Positions 8,781 through 17,472 of a stretch of DNA of 64,000 nucleotides are shown in pieces (within the stretch, counting starts at the first letter, position 1; each line of letters starts with the position of its first letter). Under the pieces are notes generated by a model. The model was not told the origin of the DNA, did no database searches, and saw nothing but the letters and a program-made list of their open reading frames with translations. The position numbers and the translations under genes are program-made. Origin of the DNA: an uncultured Clostridia bacterium (GTDB taxonomy: Bacteria; Bacillota; Dehalobacteriia; UBA4068); NCBI GenBank assembly GCA_944390945.1, contig CALXRV010000060.1, positions 39,557 to 103,556 of the forward strand, read 5' to 3'.

Positions 8781-9980
8781 ATGGATAAGAACAAAGGCGT
8801 ATTACAAGGCATGGTTGTTCTGGATCTGACGCGGGTGCTTGCCGGGCCTTATTGTGCGATGCTGTTTGCTGACATGGGAGCGGACGTGATCAAGATCGAG
8901 CCGCTGGGCAAGGGGGATGACAGCCGCGCGTTTGCGCCGATGGTCAATGGCGAGAGCGCCTATTATATGAACCTGAATCGCAACAAGCGCAGCATTACCC
9001 TGAATCTGAAATCTGCCGAAGGGCAGGCGCTGTTCAAAAAAATGGTGGCCGGCGCTGATGTCGTGCTGGAGAATTACCGCCCCGGTACGATGGAGAAACT
9101 GGGGTTGGGCTATGATACGCTGAAGGAGATCAACCCTGGACTCATCTATGGCTGCGTTTCCGGCTTTGGCCATTATGGTCCGTATGCTAGCCGCGGCGGT
9201 TATGACATCATCGGCCAGGCGATGGGCGGCCTGATGAGCACGACCGGCTGGCCGGGCGGCGAACCCACCCGCACCGGAACGGCGATGGGCGATGTGCTGG
9301 CCGGATTGAGCGTGGCGGTCGGCGTATTGGCCGCATATAATCATAAGCTGCGCACCGGCCAGGGGCAGAAGGTAGATGTGGCCCTGGTGGATTCCGTCGT
9401 TTCTTCGCTGGAGATCATCAATCAGATCTATTTGGCGACCGGACGCATCCCGGAGCGGATCGGTAACCGCTATGAGTCCTGCTATCCGTATGATTCCTTC
9501 AAAGCAAGCGACGGCAGCCTGATCATCGCCTGCGGCAATGACAAGCTGTGGCGGATCCTTTGCGGCTTGATGGGGCGGGAAGATTTGGTGGAGGATGCGC
9601 GTTTTGCTACCAACCCGTTGCGTGTGCAGAACCATGCTGAATTGAAGCCGCTGGTTGAGGAGTGGCTGCATGAGCTGAAAGTCCAGGATGCGGTAGACCG
9701 TATGCTGGCAGCCGGCGTGCCGGCATCGCCGATCTACGATATCTCGCAGGTAGCGGCAGATGAACATATTGCCAAAGTGCGGGAGATGTTCGTTGAGATG
9801 GAGCATCCGAAGGCAGGCCGTTTGCGTGTCACCGGCAACCAGATCAAATTCAGCGAGAATCCGGTGCAGATCAGGGTGCCTTCGCCATTGCTTGGTCAGC
9901 ATAACGAGGAGATCTATTGCGATGCGCTTGGGCTGAGCCGGGAAGAATATGAGGACTATGTCTCGCGCGGCATTATTTAA
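8781..9980 (+). CDS. family III CoA-transferase (CaiB/BaiF/Frc type)
   Basis: N-terminus VLDLTRVLAGPYCAMLFADMGADVIKIE, NLNRNKRSITLNLK, and a catalytic-Asp region GTAMGDVLAG. The 399-aa length is typical. Confidence 0.88.
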   Translation: MDKNKGVLQGMVVLDLTRVLAGPYCAMLFADMGADVIKIEPLGKGDDSRAFAPMVNGESAYYMNLNRNKRSITLNLKSAEGQALFKKMVAGADVVLENYRPGTMEKLGLGYDTLKEINPGLIYGCVSGFGHYGPYASRGGYDIIGQAMGGLMSTTGWPGGEPTRTGTAMGDVLAGLSVAVGVLAAYNHKLRTGQGQKVDVALVDSVVSSLEIINQIYLATGRIPERIGNRYESCYPYDSFKASDGSLIIACGNDKLWRILCGLMGREDLVEDARFATNPLRVQNHAELKPLVEEWLHELKVQDAVDRMLAAGVPASPIYDISQVAADEHIAKVREMFVEMEHPKAGRLRVTGNQIKFSENPVQIRVPSPLLGQHNEEIYCDALGLSREEYEDYVSRGII

Positions 9981-9999
9981 GCCGGATGGAGGAATGTTT

Positions 10000-10902
10000 A
10001 TGACAAAGATCACTGTTGTGGAAGTAGCGCCGCGCGATGGTTGGCAATCGGTGCGGGAGCAGATCCCTACGGAGACGAAGCTGGCGTTGATCCGGCGGAT
10101 GTTTGCCGCCGGCATCGTCAGGATGCAGATCGGCTCTTTTGTTTCGCCCAAGGCGATCCCGCAGATGGCGGATATCGCGCAGGTGGTCGAAGCTGTGCTC
10201 GCAGAATATCCGGATAAGCGACCGTTCGTGCTGGTGCCGAATTTTAAGGGCGCGCAGCGTGCCGCCGCAGCCGGATTAAAGGAATTTACTACAGTGATTT
10301 CCGTGTCTGAGCAGCATAATCTGGCGAATGTCAATTGTACGGTCAGCGATTCGCTGGAGCAGTTCGCCCGCATGCGGCAGGAATTCCCGGATCTGCGCAT
10401 CAGTGCGGATCTGGCCACATCTTTTGGCTGTCCATTTGCCGGTGAGACACCGCTCGCCCGTTTGCTGGAGATCGTCGACGCGGTTGTGGCGCGCGGCGCG
10501 GACAGCGTGACGCTTTGCGATACGATCGGTGTAGCGCATCCGCTGCAGGTAGCTGCCTATGTGCAGGCCGTACGCCATGATTTTCCGCAGTTGCCGCTGG
10601 CTATCCATATCCATGATACGCGGAATATGGGGATGCTCAATACCTATACTGCCATCCAGAACGGTGTGTATGAAGTGGAGACTGCGCTGGGCGGTCTGGG
10701 GGGCTGCCCCTTTGCGCCGGGTGCTTCCGGCAATACGGCGACTGAAGATTTAGTTTATCTGCTGCAGCGCAGCGGCTATCAGACAGATATCGATTTTCCT
10801 GCGCTGCTGGCTGCTGCCAAGGAAATGCATGCGCTTGTGCCAGGCAATTATAGCGGACACCAGATCAACATCAATGCCTGCGCGCAGGAAGCGAATTGCT
10901 AA
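10000..10902 (+). CDS. HMG-CoA lyase family (DRE-TIM) acyl-CoA lyase
   Basis: ORF 9949..10902. ATG 10000 follows GGAGG. Motifs VEVAPRDGWQS, IHIHDTRNMG and GGLGGCPFAPGASGNTATEDLVYLL match the HMG-CoA/citramalyl-CoA lyase subfamily. Confidence 0.85.
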   Translation: MTKITVVEVAPRDGWQSVREQIPTETKLALIRRMFAAGIVRMQIGSFVSPKAIPQMADIAQVVEAVLAEYPDKRPFVLVPNFKGAQRAAAAGLKEFTTVISVSEQHNLANVNCTVSDSLEQFARMRQEFPDLRISADLATSFGCPFAGETPLARLLEIVDAVVARGADSVTLCDTIGVAHPLQVAAYVQAVRHDFPQLPLAIHIHDTRNMGMLNTYTAIQNGVYEVETALGGLGGCPFAPGASGNTATEDLVYLLQRSGYQTDIDFPALLAAAKEMHALVPGNYSGHQININACAQEANC

Positions 10903-10923
10903 GCGGCGGACAGGAGGGCGCTT

Positions 10924-12207
10924 ATGGGCAAGACAATAGCGGAAAAATTGCTGGCGCGCAGCGCCGGCCTGGCGCAGGTTAAGGCGGGCGATATCATCAC
11001 GGCACGGGTGGATTGTGCGATGATGGACGATATCCTGGGGCCGCGCGTCGTGATTGCAGAACAACTGGAAAAGCTGCAGGCAGAGATCTGGGATCGGGAG
11101 CGGGTGGTCGTGATCTGCGACCATTATTCGCCCGCCGCCACGATACAGCAAGCAGATATTGTGGCCTTTACCCGGCGTTGGGCCAAAGCGCAGGGTATCC
11201 GCAATTATGTTGAAGGGCAGGGGCCCTGCCATCAGATTCTGGCGGAAAAAGGCTTTTTCCGGCCCGGCAGCCTGGTGGTGGGTACGGATTCGCATACTTG
11301 TACCGGGGGCGCTTTTGGCTGTTTCAGCACGGGCATTGGCTCGACAGAAATGCTCGGCGTGCTGGTTACCGGTGAAATCTGGCTGCGTGTGCCGGAAAGT
11401 CTCTCCTTTGATTTCCACGGCGTATTGCAGCCGGGGGTGATGGCCAAGGACATGATCCTGCGCGTAATCGGTGATATCGGCCATGGCGGTGCGACGTATA
11501 TGGCGATGGAGTTTTCCGGCGAAACGATCCGCGCCCTGCCGATGGACGAACGGATGTGTATTTCCAATATGGCGGTCGAGGCTGGTGCAAAGGCGGGGCT
11601 GATCGCAGCGGATGAAAAAACGGCGGCATATCTGGCTGCGCATGGCTGCGACAGCGGCTTTACGCCCATTACCAGCGACGCGGATGCGGTTTACCGGCAG
11701 TGTTATCAATATGATGTAGCCACATTGGAACCGCTCGTGGCGGCGCCGCATCATGTCGACCAGGTATACCCGGCGCGTGAACTGGCCGGTACACATATCG
11801 ACAGCGCCTATATCGGCTCCTGCACCGGTGGCAGACTGAGCGATCTGCAGGCTGCAGCAGAAATCCTGCGCGGGCGGCGCGTAGCGGCTGGTTGCCGGCT
11901 GCTGGTCTCGCCCGCTTCGCAGACGATCTGGCGGCAGGCGGCGGCAAGCGGTTTGCTTTCCGTTTTGGCGGATGCCGGCGCAACCATCCTTGCGCCCAGC
12001 TGCGGCGCCTGCCTGGGTGTGCATTCCGGTCTGCTTGCGGCGGGTGAATCCGGCATCTCGACGACGAACCGTAATTTCAGAGGGCGGATGGGCAGCCCGG
12101 AAAGCAAGGTCTATCTTGCTTCGCCGGCCACGGTCGCCGCAGCGGCGGTTGCCGGAAAAATTGTGGATTGCCGTGAATTTTGCAGGGAAAGCGGGGGCGG
12201 CAGATGA
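10924..12207 (+). CDS. aconitase-family hydro-lyase large subunit (LeuC/HacA/DmdA-like)
   Basis: 427 aa. GTDSHTCTGGAFG, IGSCTGGR and APSCGACLG provide the three Fe-S cysteines; TTNRNFRGRMG is also present. Confidence 0.88.
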   Translation: MGKTIAEKLLARSAGLAQVKAGDIITARVDCAMMDDILGPRVVIAEQLEKLQAEIWDRERVVVICDHYSPAATIQQADIVAFTRRWAKAQGIRNYVEGQGPCHQILAEKGFFRPGSLVVGTDSHTCTGGAFGCFSTGIGSTEMLGVLVTGEIWLRVPESLSFDFHGVLQPGVMAKDMILRVIGDIGHGGATYMAMEFSGETIRALPMDERMCISNMAVEAGAKAGLIAADEKTAAYLAAHGCDSGFTPITSDADAVYRQCYQYDVATLEPLVAAPHHVDQVYPARELAGTHIDSAYIGSCTGGRLSDLQAAAEILRGRRVAAGCRLLVSPASQTIWRQAAASGLLSVLADAGATILAPSCGACLGVHSGLLAAGESGISTTNRNFRGRMGSPESKVYLASPATVAAAAVAGKIVDCREFCRESGGGR

Positions 12208-12725
12208 ATACATTTATTCAGGGATATGCACATAAATTTGGCGACGATATCAATACGGATTTGATTTCCCCAGCACAGTATATGGAACTTTCGCTGGCGG
12301 AGATGGCCGCGCATGCGATGGAGGGTGCGGATCCGGATTTTGCGGCCAAAATGCGCAAGGGAGATATCATCGTGGCGGGAAAGAATTTCGGTTCCGGCTC
12401 CAGCCGGGAAACAGCGCCGCTTGCCCTGCTGGGCGCCGGCGTTGCCCTGATTGTGGCGGAATCGTTTGCCCGCATTTTTTACCGCAACTGCATCAATACC
12501 GGCTTGCCGGTTTTGATCTGCCCAACTGCCGGGCAGATCGCGGAGGGCGACCTGCTGGCAGTTGATCTGGCGCAGGGAAAAATCCGTGACCTCAGTAACG
12601 GCAGCGAGCATGCGGCAGATCAGTTGCCACCGCATCTGCTCCGTCTACTCTCGCATGGCGGATTGTTGGGCGATCTGCAACAGAGGCTAAACCATAAGGA
12701 GGCTGATCCATGTACCCGCAAATGA
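12204..12725 (+). CDS. aconitase-family hydro-lyase small subunit (LeuD/HacB/DmdB-like)
   Basis: ATG 12204 overlaps the large-subunit stop (ATGA). FGDDINTDLISPAQY and GKNFGSGSSRETAPLAL are the swivel-domain signatures. Confidence 0.88.
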   Translation: MNTFIQGYAHKFGDDINTDLISPAQYMELSLAEMAAHAMEGADPDFAAKMRKGDIIVAGKNFGSGSSRETAPLALLGAGVALIVAESFARIFYRNCINTGLPVLICPTAGQIAEGDLLAVDLAQGKIRDLSNGSEHAADQLPPHLLRLLSHGGLLGDLQQRLNHKEADPCTRK

Positions 12726-13879
12726 ACCCATATCATGTCGTCATCTACCGCGGCGGAACGAGTAAAGGCATCTTTATTCGCCGCAATGAATTACCGGCAG
12801 ACCCCAAACAGCGCGACGCAGTGATCCGTGCCATTTTCGGCAGCCCGGACCCACGGCAGATCGACGGTCTGGGCGGCGCGGATGTGCTGACCAGCAAGCT
12901 GGCGATCATCGGACCACCCAGCCGGGCGGATGCGGATGTTGATTATACTTTTGCCCAGGTTAGCTTTGATACGGATTTGGTTGATTTTGGTGGTAACTGC
13001 GGCAATATTTCGGCTGCCGTCGGGCCATATGCGATTGATGAAGGTCTGGTGCAGGCGGTGGAGCCGGTAACCCGTGTGCGGATTCACCAGACGAATACCA
13101 ACTGCATTCTCGAGGCAGAAGTGGCGGTGCGGGATGGCAAGCCCTGCGTGGAGGGCGATTATACCATCGCCGGCGTCCCCGGCAGCGGCAGCGAGATTAA
13201 ACTGGATTTCCGGGATACGGCAGGCTCGACGACTGGCCGCGTGTTACCGACCGGCAATCCGGTCGATCTGATCGAGGTTGCAGGGCAGGGGGTCTTTCCC
13301 GTATCGATCGTGGACGCTGGTAATGTACTGGTGTTCATCGAAGCGGCCAGCCTGGGCTTGAAAGGTACGGAAAGCTGTCGCGTGATCGAAGAAAACCAGG
13401 CATTGATGGCCTTGATCGAGCAGATTCGCGCGCATGCCGCCGTGCGCTGCGGTATGGCGGCGACGCCGGCAGAGGCGACGGAAAAGAGCGCCTATGTCCC
13501 CTTCTTCGCTATTGTCAGCAAACCCGCGGATTATCTGGCAGACGACGGCAAGACTGAAGTATGCGCCAATGCGGTGGATGTGGTCTCCCGCCTTTATTTC
13601 ATGCTGCATATGCATAAGACTTACCCCGGTACCGGCACGGTAGCTACCGGCGCGGCGGCGCGTATCCCGGGTACGCTGGTTTATCAGCAGCTCAGTGCGG
13701 AGGCGCGGCAAAAAGATCTGCTGCGCATCGGGCATCCGCGTGGCGTGATCAATGTAGAAGCGCGGCTGGAGGGGGAAAGCGATGGGCAATACCGCTTTGC
13801 CCGCTTGGCTTACAGCCGTACTGCGCGCCGTATCCTGGAGGGAACGGCCTATGTCCGTAGTTCTTTGCTGCAAAAATAA
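12710..13879 (+). CDS. PrpF-family isomerase (2-methylaconitate / 3-methylitaconate isomerase-like)
   Basis: N-terminus VVIYRGGTSKGIFI...GSPDPRQIDGLGGADVLTSKLAIIG and a 389-aa length are typical of PrpF/Mii/GalD proteins. RBS AAGGAGG; 16-nt overlap with the preceding gene. Confidence 0.85.
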   Translation: MYPQMNPYHVVIYRGGTSKGIFIRRNELPADPKQRDAVIRAIFGSPDPRQIDGLGGADVLTSKLAIIGPPSRADADVDYTFAQVSFDTDLVDFGGNCGNISAAVGPYAIDEGLVQAVEPVTRVRIHQTNTNCILEAEVAVRDGKPCVEGDYTIAGVPGSGSEIKLDFRDTAGSTTGRVLPTGNPVDLIEVAGQGVFPVSIVDAGNVLVFIEAASLGLKGTESCRVIEENQALMALIEQIRAHAAVRCGMAATPAEATEKSAYVPFFAIVSKPADYLADDGKTEVCANAVDVVSRLYFMLHMHKTYPGTGTVATGAAARIPGTLVYQQLSAEARQKDLLRIGHPRGVINVEARLEGESDGQYRFARLAYSRTARRILEGTAYVRSSLLQK

Positions 13880-13986
13880 GTTGGGCGCGACTGCTGCGGA
13901 TGCGGTTTGATGTTATGGTTCTACCGCAGGATGCTATCGTATGGCTTTGCGGGATGACCTTTCGGTTCAGAGCAGATTTGTTTTAT

Positions 13987-14021
13987 AAAAGGCCGGGATC
14001 CTGATCGGATCCCGGCCTTTT
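13987..14021. terminator. bidirectional rho-independent terminator between convergent genes
   Basis: AAAAGGCCGGGATCC / GGATCCCGGCCTTTT: an 11-bp GC-rich stem flanked by an A-run and a T-run. Confidence 0.8.
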
Positions 14022-14069
14022 GCATGGCAAGATCTATTTATGCAAAGCAAAGCTGCGCATGGGCGTAAT

Positions 14070-15605
14070 TCAGACCGCCGGCGGCAGATCTGCTGTTTCC
14101 GCAAGCTTCTGCCTGCTGCGGCAGTAGATGTTGACCCGCCAGGCAATGGCGCTGATTTCGGCGCGGGTGAGCGTTTGCTCAGCGCAGAAAACCAATCTGC
14201 CGTCCGCGGTTGGGTTGCCGGTGATGATGCCGGCTGCATAGAGTGACGCTGCGGCTGCCGGCGCTTCGTCCTGGAATGGGGTGATGGTTGTATCCGGCAA
14301 CTGCAGCAGAGCAGCGATAAATTCGGCAATCTCACCGCGGGAAGGCGCAGCATCCAGTTCGACTGCATGATCGAGCAGGCCGTTTTCCCTGGCGTAACCC
14401 AGATAAGCAGAGGCCCAATGTGCCTGTGTCGCATCCGGCTTTACCGGGCATCCGGCCGCAAGCAAAAGCAGCTTCAGCGTTTCGCCATAGCTGGCAGCCG
14501 TCTGCGGGCGGAAGCTGCCGTCCGGGTAGCCCTCTATCAGTCCGGTTTTTGTCAGCGCGGCAAGATAAGGTTGGTACCAGCTGCCGGGCTGCACATCCCA
14601 ATAGATAATCTCATCGCTTGCTGGCGGCGTGATGAGGGAGATCTCCCCAGAAGTTGCTGTCTGCGATGCAGGTTGTTGTGCTGGCGGCGCAGACGGCAGA
14701 ACAGGCATCGTGTTTTGCGGCAGGATATACAGCGTTCCTGGCTGGCAGATGATATGATAATCCGCATGGACCGCGCGGGGCAGGATGACATTCGGGTAGA
14801 TGCCCACCTGTGGCTGAACGGACAAAGTATCTGCATAATGCAAGGTGACGGTGAGCGTATCGCCATTCACCAGTTCGCCGCTGGTCAGGCGCCAGCCCTG
14901 TTTCTGATCCAGTGCAGGCAAACCGCAGCCATAACGGGCCGAATGATCGGTAGCCGTGATCGTGATCAGGCGCGGTTCGATGACAAAAGCCGCGCTGCGG
15001 CTGCCGCTGGCGGTCGCACTGTCAAATGCGGCGGTCAGACGATAAACACCGCTGTGTACTGGCGGCGTGGTGGTGGGGCCATAGCGCGTATCGCCTTCAC
15101 CCAGCCAGGTATAGGTCCAGTCGCCGGTTGTCGCATCCAAACCTTCAATCGTAGCCAGTTCTGCTTCGGTCAGCGCCTGCACATTCCCGTCATAGGTACG
15201 GTGGAAGCTCTCGGCAAAGCGGATTGCCGCGCTGATATCCTGCTTTTCCCCTGCTGGCCGCAGCTGACCAAGCAGGATGGGGCCAGATGTTTCGCCGCAG
15301 AGATAGGCCCAGCATACCATCTTCGCCTCTTCCTCGCCCAAGCGAAATGAAGCGAAGCAGAGATTGCCGTCGCTGTCCGCCGCCTGCTGGTCAAGATATA
15401 TCGCCTGCGCCAGGGTTGGCGCTGCCTGCTTGGTGACCAGCAGCAGATATTGGCGTCCGGGATGCAGACCCGCGGCAGAGAGGAGATAAGAACCGTCCGC
15501 ATCGGCATAATAGGAATTTGCGGTGGCGCTGCCGCCGCCCAGGATCAGCAGGCAGAAAAGCAGGGGGAGCAGGCAAAGGATATGCAGTCTTTGTTTCGCA
15601 GGCAC
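14070..15605 (-). CDS. secreted cell-surface protein with C-terminal SLH domains
   Basis: GTG start after AGGAGG. Signal peptide LLPLLFCLLILGGGSATA. C-terminal repeats of the SLH pattern (WYQPYLAALTKTGLIEGYPDGSFRPQ..., WASAYLGYARENGLL, AAASLYAAGIITGN...). The central YDGN...YRLTA segment resembles MBG-type repeats. Confidence 0.7.
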   Translation of the reverse strand: MPAKQRLHILCLLPLLFCLLILGGGSATANSYYADADGSYLLSAAGLHPGRQYLLLVTKQAAPTLAQAIYLDQQAADSDGNLCFASFRLGEEEAKMVCWAYLCGETSGPILLGQLRPAGEKQDISAAIRFAESFHRTYDGNVQALTEAELATIEGLDATTGDWTYTWLGEGDTRYGPTTTPPVHSGVYRLTAAFDSATASGSRSAAFVIEPRLITITATDHSARYGCGLPALDQKQGWRLTSGELVNGDTLTVTLHYADTLSVQPQVGIYPNVILPRAVHADYHIICQPGTLYILPQNTMPVLPSAPPAQQPASQTATSGEISLITPPASDEIIYWDVQPGSWYQPYLAALTKTGLIEGYPDGSFRPQTAASYGETLKLLLLAAGCPVKPDATQAHWASAYLGYARENGLLDHAVELDAAPSRGEIAEFIAALLQLPDTTITPFQDEAPAAAASLYAAGIITGNPTADGRLVFCAEQTLTRAEISAIAWRVNIYCRSRQKLAETADLPPAV

Positions 15606-15629
15606 CGGGATTCCCTCCTTTGCCAGTCG

Positions 15630-17345
15630 TTATGCCAGCAATGGCTGCAATAGCGCGTCAACGCCTTGCTGTAATTTGCGGTATGTTTCCTGCGCTGTCT
15701 GCTGGCTTGCTGCATTGACGCTGAGATAGGCTTTCAGCTTTGGCTCAGTACCGGAAGGCCGGATGATCAGGCTGCCGCAGGAAAGTTCATAGTAGAGGAC
15801 GTCTGCATGCGGCAGGTGGATTGGCTCGCAATGGCCGCTTGCCAGCTGCCGCAGCTCGCCGCGCTGATAGTCGCCGATGGCCAGGATCGGCAGGCTGCCG
15901 ATCGTTGTGGGCGGAGATTGACGCAGGCTGTCAACTGCATGGCGGATCTGCGCCAGGCCAGCCATGCCTTCCCGTGTGATTGAGATGACGTGCTCCTCAA
16001 ACCAGCCGTATTTCTGGTAGAGCGCGGTCAGCGCATCCGCCAGCGTGCGGCCATGCGACGCCTCCTGCGCAGCAGCGCAGACGACGAGCATTGCTGCGAT
16101 GCAGGCATCTTTATCGCGCACGAAATCTCCGGCCAGGAAGCCATAGCTCTCCTCAAAGCCAAAAAGGAAATGCCCCTGCCCACTTTCCTGGCTTAGACGG
16201 ATCTGCTCCGCGATATACTTGAAGCCGGTCAGTACCTGGCGCATCTCCACGCCATACTGCGCTGCAATACGGTCGGCGAGCGGGGAGCTGACGATTGAAC
16301 GAACGACAAAGGCGTCTTCCGGCAGGGCTCCGCGGCTAAGCAGATATTCCAGCAACAGACAGCCGATTTGATTACCGGTGAGCAACTTGAAGCCGCCTGC
16401 CGCGTCGCGTACAGCCACGCCCAGCCGGTCGCAATCCGGATCTGTTGCCAGCAGCAGATTGGCGCCAGTTTCCTCGGCAAGCGCAATCGCCAGGCGGAAG
16501 GCATCCGGGTTCTCCGGGTTGGGTGCCGTAACGGTGGGAAATCGGCCATCCGGCTGCTGTTGCTGCTTGACTACATGCAACTGCAGACCAAGCGCGCCAA
16601 GGACGCGTGTTACCGGCAGCAGGCCGGTACCATGCAGCGGCGTATAGACGACAGGCAGCTGTGCAGCTTGCGCGCGAACGAGCGGAGCGGCATCGGCAGC
16701 CAGGGAGAGCACATCTGCAATATAGCGGCGGTCGAGCGCTTCGCCGACATATTCCAGCAGGCCGGAGGTCAACGCGGCGGATTCATCCATCGTTTTGGCG
16801 CAGAATGGGTCGGGAATGGCTTCGATACAGGCAATTACCGCGGACGCCATTTCGCCGGCCAGCTGTCCGCCATCCGCGCCATAGACTTTATAGCCGTTAT
16901 ATTTTGCCGGGTTGTGGCTGGCGGTAATCGCCACGCCCGCCGCACAGCCGAGCTGCAGTACGGAATAGCTGAGTTGCGGCACGCCGGTCAGCTTGTCATA
17001 GAGATAGGCTTTGACGCCGTTGGCCGCCAGCGTCAGGGCTGTTTCCCTGGCGAATTCAGCACTCATGATGCGCGAATCATAGGCGATGACCACACCATCT
17101 GTGGCGCGTCCCTGCTGAAGGATATATTCGGCCAGCCCCTGCGTAGCACGGCGTACCATATAGATATTGATCCGGTTCGTCCCCAGGCCAATCACACCGC
17201 GCATACCGGCGGTGCCGAATTCGAGATCGCGGTAAAAGGCTTCCTCCATTTCCGCCGCATCTGCCTCGTAGGCGAGCAGGTCGGCTTCATCCGGCGTGCC
17301 GGTAAGGTGTTGTTTCCAGAGCGCGTATTTTTCCCGAAAATCCAT
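15630..17345 (-). CDS. pgcA: phospho-sugar mutase (phosphoglucomutase/phosphomannomutase, PgcA-like)
   Basis: Active-site ITASHNPAKYNGYKVY; DPDCDR and GFEESYG motifs. Start moved to the second ATG (17345) because AAGGAG abuts the first. Confidence 0.85.
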   Translation of the reverse strand: MDFREKYALWKQHLTGTPDEADLLAYEADAAEMEEAFYRDLEFGTAGMRGVIGLGTNRINIYMVRRATQGLAEYILQQGRATDGVVIAYDSRIMSAEFARETALTLAANGVKAYLYDKLTGVPQLSYSVLQLGCAAGVAITASHNPAKYNGYKVYGADGGQLAGEMASAVIACIEAIPDPFCAKTMDESAALTSGLLEYVGEALDRRYIADVLSLAADAAPLVRAQAAQLPVVYTPLHGTGLLPVTRVLGALGLQLHVVKQQQQPDGRFPTVTAPNPENPDAFRLAIALAEETGANLLLATDPDCDRLGVAVRDAAGGFKLLTGNQIGCLLLEYLLSRGALPEDAFVVRSIVSSPLADRIAAQYGVEMRQVLTGFKYIAEQIRLSQESGQGHFLFGFEESYGFLAGDFVRDKDACIAAMLVVCAAAQEASHGRTLADALTALYQKYGWFEEHVISITREGMAGLAQIRHAVDSLRQSPPTTIGSLPILAIGDYQRGELRQLASGHCEPIHLPHADVLYYELSCGSLIIRPSGTEPKLKAYLSVNAASQQTAQETYRKLQQGVDALLQPLLA

Positions 17346-17472
17346 CGGCGGCATCTCCTTCCCTTTGTTGGATCTGAAACGGGTGTTTGCTGAGACGATT
17401 TGATGAAGCGATTCTATGAGGATATTATAGCAAAGGCAGGATTAAAAATCATCCGCTCTTTTCCCGCAGGAA

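Noticed and set aside
8802-12213. Very long minus-strand ORFs (8802..10418, 538 aa; 10750..12213, 487 aa) antisense to the CoA-transferase/HMGL/LeuC-like genes
   Set aside because: The plus-strand frames carry unmistakable family motifs. The antisense translations are Arg/Ala/Gln/His-rich with no motifs and no RBS. This is the typical open antisense frame of high-GC coding DNA.
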